Source: Vicugna vicugna (taxonomy: Eukaryota). Taken from it: a stretch of 64,000 nucleotides of DNA. Positions 59,631 through 64,000 of the stretch are shown here, one piece after another. Under the pieces are notes generated by a model. The model saw only the letters and a program-made list of their open reading frames with translations. It was not told where the DNA came from and searched no databases. The DNA is taken from NCBI GenBank assembly GCA_013265495.1, contig MU057887.1, positions 2,637,576 through 2,701,575 on the forward strand, read 5' to 3'. Numbering within the stretch: position 1 is the stretch's first letter; each line of letters begins with the position of its first letter. The translations under genes were made by a program, and so were the position numbers.

Positions 59631-59799
59631 CTCGGGGCTCCCCTGCACGTTGACCCAAGTCGTCTGCCACGGCCTCTGCAGCAAGAACACGTGTGCACTC
59701 GCCCCGCAAGTCAAAGGCTAGCTCTCCATCAGGTGGGGGCTGGGAGGCGCCTCCAGGGGGATGCGACCTCGTGTTGCCAAGACAGTTGCCATGGAGTGA

Positions 59800-59945
59800 A
59801 GGACGAGGGGGAAGAGGAGGAGATGGAGGAGGAGGAAGGGAATGAAGGAAGGAGAGATGGAGGAGGAAGCGGAGGAGGGGAGGGGGAGGGAGGAGGGGGA
59901 GATGGAGGAGGAGGGGAAGGGAGGAGGGCAGACAGGAAGGGAACG
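59800..59945. repeat. GA-rich polypurine tract
   Basis: gaggaggagatggaggaggaggaagggaatgaaggaagg... Confidence 0.9.
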
Positions 59946-60064
59946 TGGGCATCTGGGCATGGCCACCAGCCAAACACCGCTCCTGTTTCCTCTTGAAAAT
60001 GCACATGAACTTGGCTTCCACCTCCCCATTCAGACAGGTCGACTTCAGCTTTAAAATAATGGGC

Positions 60065-60406
60065 TATGATCCAATAATCCCATCCCTGGTCATATTTTCA
60101 GAGGAAACTCTAACTCAAAAAGACACCTGCACCCCAGTGTTCACAGCAGCACTGTTTACAATAGCCAAGATGTGGAAACAACCTACATTTCCATCAACAC
60201 ATGCCAGGATAAAGAAGTTGTGGTGTATTTATACAGTGGAATACTACTCAGCCATAAAAAGAATAAAACAATGCCATTTGCAGCTACATGGATGGACCTG
60301 GAGATCGTCATTCTAAGTGACGCAAGCCAGAAAGAGAAAGAAAAATACCATATGATATTACTCATATGTGCAATCCAAAAATAAAAAATACAAATGAGCT
60401 TACTTA
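60065..60406 (+). mobile_element. Younger artiodactyl/camelid L1 fragment (ORF2 C-terminus), truncated at both ends
   Basis: Translates as YDPIIPSL...KDTCTPVFTAALFTIAKMWKQP...IKKLWCIYTVEYYSAIK and MPFAATWMDLEIVILS, the L1 ORF2p C-terminus with a frameshift. Confidence 0.92.
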
Positions 60407-61714
60407 CTCCTGTCTCCATCTCTCCAACCCTGGACAGCCCTTGGAAGAGACCACAGGGAGAGAGAGTTCTGGGCATCGGCTGGGGTGCCGTGAGGGAAGG
60501 GGGCCTGAGTTCTGACCCTGTACCCTGTGTCAGGCAGTGTAGACGGGGGAATTAACTAGAATGTTACACCTTTACAGAGCCCTCTCCCCTTCACCCTCTC
60601 TTGAAGGATCACATTAACCCCAGAGCAGGTGCGATGACCATGCACCTGGAGGGTGAGGAAGTGGCAGGCTCTGTGTGGCTCTGTGACCAGCCCCAGCCCC
60701 GCGCCCAGGGAGGGAGGGACCTGGTGCAGGTGTGTTTCCTCATGCGCCCCTTCCTTTGCCCTGGCTGCTGCGCCCATAACCCGAGCCCTGAGCAGGAAGT
60801 TAGGACCAACACCCCGGGCAGGGTCTGTGAGGGTCGTCTCGACCTCGCCCTCAGTGGGCGGAGCAGCCCCTCCCCACTGCTGAGACGGCTTCCGACTGCT
60901 CTCCCTGCGGCCTCCTGAGAGCGAGGAGACTCATCACACGGGACAGAGTGATTGTGACTGTGCCTAATCAGCTGGTGACATCCGGGTGGAGAGACTGTTT
61001 GCTTCCCGTCTGCTTCCCCAGGACCCAGAGGAACCCCGACATCCTGACATTGGGATGGGGAACGCGTGTCTGCAGAGGGAGGAGGAGAGAAGGAGGGGCC
61101 TGGGGAGGGAGGCAGGCCTCAGTGCTGCCCGCAAGGAGTGTGGCCACTGGCCCCATCGCCCGCCTCTCCGTTTCCTCGGGGGGCCTTCGGGGCCTCCGTG
61201 TCTGGCAGCAGGTTGCAGGGAGCAGTTGCTGTGGGTAGTTCGGGCCTCATTTAAACTTTTCCCACGTAAATAAGCATGAGTCATAAGAAGGAAAACTGCA
61301 TTTGCTTTGAGTTGGCAGGAGATACGTTTAAGTCAGAGTGAGGAAAATTCTGGGAGCGTGGCTTCACTCGTGAATAACAACGCGAGATTACGTTTTCCCA
61401 AGGCTGCTGGCTGGGCAGAGCCGTTCGGCCTCACACACCAGAGCAGCAAATTATGCTACTTAATGAGAAACGGCCTAGACCCTGCTCCTGAGGCAGACGC
61501 ACTGCCGTGTGTCAGTGCTGTCATCCACGTTAACGCCTGAAACCCTCAGCCCACCGGCAGCCCCCGTGACCCCCACGATGGTGCGTGGACCGTGGAGCCC
61601 GGGCCTCCTGACTCAGACCTCAAGACTGTCTTGGCTGCGGCCCTGCACCCACGACATCCTCTGCCGGGGGCCAGCCCAGGCTCCACTGTAGTTCTTGTTT
61701 CCCAGGCAGGCTTC

Positions 61715-61830
61715 ACTCCCATCAAATAGATGGGAAAACTGAGGCCTGGCCAAGTAGCAGCCTGCCAGTGGGGGGACACAGACAGGACACGCATCCCCGT
61801 CTGCAGGGCCGGGGCTCGGGCGGCTCAGGT
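61715..61830 (-). mobile_element. MIR fragment
   Basis: cccatcaaatagatgggaaaactgaggcct. Confidence 0.55.
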
Positions 61831-64000
61831 CAGAGCTTCACCTGCCACGCCTGCGTCCAGAATGGGGGGGCAGCCGGTCAGCTTTGCCTGGGACGGAGGG
61901 TCCCCAAGATCCGGGACCTTCAGTTTCCAAACAAGGAGAGTCCAGGACAAGCCAGGATGAATTGGTCATCCTAAGTCAGAACACGTGAGACGTAAAGAAT
62001 TCAAGCTTCTGGAAGTTAAACTGAAATAATGCATAAAAAACCAACAGACCACAGAAATCAGTCTCCTGCTGCTGGGAGAGGCCGGGCAGCGGCTCAGTGC
62101 CGGGGGCTGGCTCCCGCTCTGAGCACGGGCGGCATTAGACCCCAGCCCGGGCGGGGCGGGGCCCCTGGGTGGGCAGGAGCCTTCTGCAGGCTGGAGGGTC
62201 CCTGGGAAAGAGACAGGATGCTCCGGGGTCCCAGGTCCAGGCCCCCCCGGTGGGTGACTCTGCTCAGGGCGGGGGCAGGTCTGCACTCAAGACAGTGATG
62301 CTCAGGGAATCGCTGTGGAAACCCAGGAGCAGAGAGGAACATTCTACCCACACCCGCCACCGCGCTGCCTCCCAGCACAGGGGCCGCATAGCCAGAGAGA
62401 CACGGGCGCTGTCTCTGCTGGGTCTAGACCACGAAACAGTCCCTGATGGGAGTCGGGAGGCTCCCATCCAAGCAGGGCGTGCCCTAAAGCACGAGCTGAG
62501 GGGGGCCGGGCTCTGGGGCCTGGAGCCGGAGCAGCAGGTGTCCGGGGGGTCCCGGAGGGGCCCTCGCTTCTGAGACTCTCCCAGGCCCCGAGACCTCTCA
62601 CGCCTCCAGAAACTCAATGTCGGGTTCTAAAAATTTACACGATTAATCATAAATTTCCACCACAGAATTTTTTTCTTAAATAAGCTTTCAAATTTATGAG
62701 CGAGCATGGAAATCTCCCGTCAGATATAAGTCAGAGCCACAAAAACGATTAAGCAGGAATTCTAATTTTTAATGAAGCAGCTGACCCAGGCTGAGTAATA
62801 AAAACCAGACCCCATCTTCTCAGTTCGTCTCATGATGAGTTTGTCCCTCTGAGTCTCGGGAGTGGCTGCAGTCCTGCGACGGCCACAGACGGCCCCGAGC
62901 GATCCAGCGATCCAGCGTGAGCCCCTCAGCCCCAGCCCGCCGAGGGTCCTCGAGGGCTGAGCCTGCGGCCCAGGCTCCTCTGCGCTCTCCTAGACAGAGG
63001 CGCTGTGGCCACAGCACAGACCATGAGCCCAGCCAAGGGTGTGACTTGCATGCACAGAGACCAAGGAGCTGGCAGGGAGCCGATGGCTGGGAGTGGGTGG
63101 GACGTGGGTGCACCTCTGGCTCAGGGAAGGAGCCTGGGCCCCACTCAGTCTGGCCACACGGGCCGTGGACGAACCCCAGGGCCAGAGCTGCCTGGCAGAA
63201 TCTGCCCAGAGCCTTCCTACAGCACAGGAGGGGAGGTGGTTGTGGCTGCAGGTAGAACCAGGGAGGAGCAGTGAGCCCGGCTCCGAGGCCGGCTTCCGGG
63301 TCTGCTCTGTGCATCCCGGGCACTGACCCTGAGAAAGTCACCTGGGCTCCCACGACCTCCGAAACAGTGTGACCGTCAAATTCAGGACACCTACCTGTCC
63401 ACGCCACCCTCCTCTCGCTGAGGACCACCCACCCCTGTGGGTAGAGACACCTGCAATGCGTGTGCCTCGTCTGGAGCTAGAAAGAAAGAAACCCAGGAGG
63501 CAGCAGGGGGCGGCGCGGCCCCAGGATGGGGGCCCATGGAGCCTGGCGGATGGTCCCTGACGGGGCCCGAGGCCACTGGGCCCACCAGCCCCTGCCCGCT
63601 GCTGCGTCCACGACAGCTTGCCCACCACCGCGTGATGAAACGCCATCACGGCCACACTTATTTTTGTCTTCTCCGTCTATTTTGGGAAGCGGATTCTTAG
63701 ATCAGCAATTAGAAATGTCACTTGTACTTTGGGAAGGGGGGAGTTTGCGAAGTCTACAAGTGAGAATAGCAATCAGCTTCGCTGACAACTTCAATGGTAC
63801 AAAAATGGTAATTAATTGTAAATTTTTGATGGAATGTATAATATTTATCTATTTTGAACTTTTATCTGATCAGCAGCAAGCTCTGGTGCCTGACTTCCCT
63901 TCTCATCTGATGTCTATAGTTAGCATCTTGATTATTTTTTCATTAAAAGTTTCCACGGGGAAGGACGCAGCTCCTTAAAAACGAGCATCAAGGTCAAGGA

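Noticed and set aside
59945..60384. ORFs with protein-like translation
   Set aside because: Frameshifted, truncated L1 ORF2 C-terminus, not a host gene

Overview
Mammalian, GC- and CpG-rich, almost entirely non-coding DNA. It is most likely from a camelid (alpaca, llama or camel): there are two tRNA-derived Vic-1-type SINEs (20150-20318, 39634-39761) and artiodactyl-type L1 3' ends. I recognise no multi-codon protein-coding exon, RNA gene, CRISPR array or prokaryotic system. The ORF track is chance ORFs in GC-rich DNA, apart from decayed L1 ORF2 pieces. Much of the window is transposon-derived: a near-full-length old L1 (~22.9-31.3 kb, minus strand) with nested insertions, plus MaLR/MLT1, MER21 and ERV1 LTRs, MIR and L2. 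Between the repeats are short AT-rich, motif-dense islands that look like conserved enhancers. The best gene signals are two minus-strand candidate exons, both with GTAAGTAG donors: a start-codon exon (ATG at 2885, MDTRRIF, phase 1) and a 36-nt microexon (32490-32525). Together they suggest the 5' introns of a large gene that I cannot name. The clearest unusual structures are a templated insertion at 12084-12187 (inverted plus direct copies of sequence ~950 bp away), a 16-bp minisatellite carrying nuclear-receptor half-sites and M-box-like motifs, local duplications inside AT-rich islands, and a candidate L1 3' transduction. Repeat family names come from recalled consensus sequences, not a database search, and repeat boundaries are approximate unless TSDs are given.
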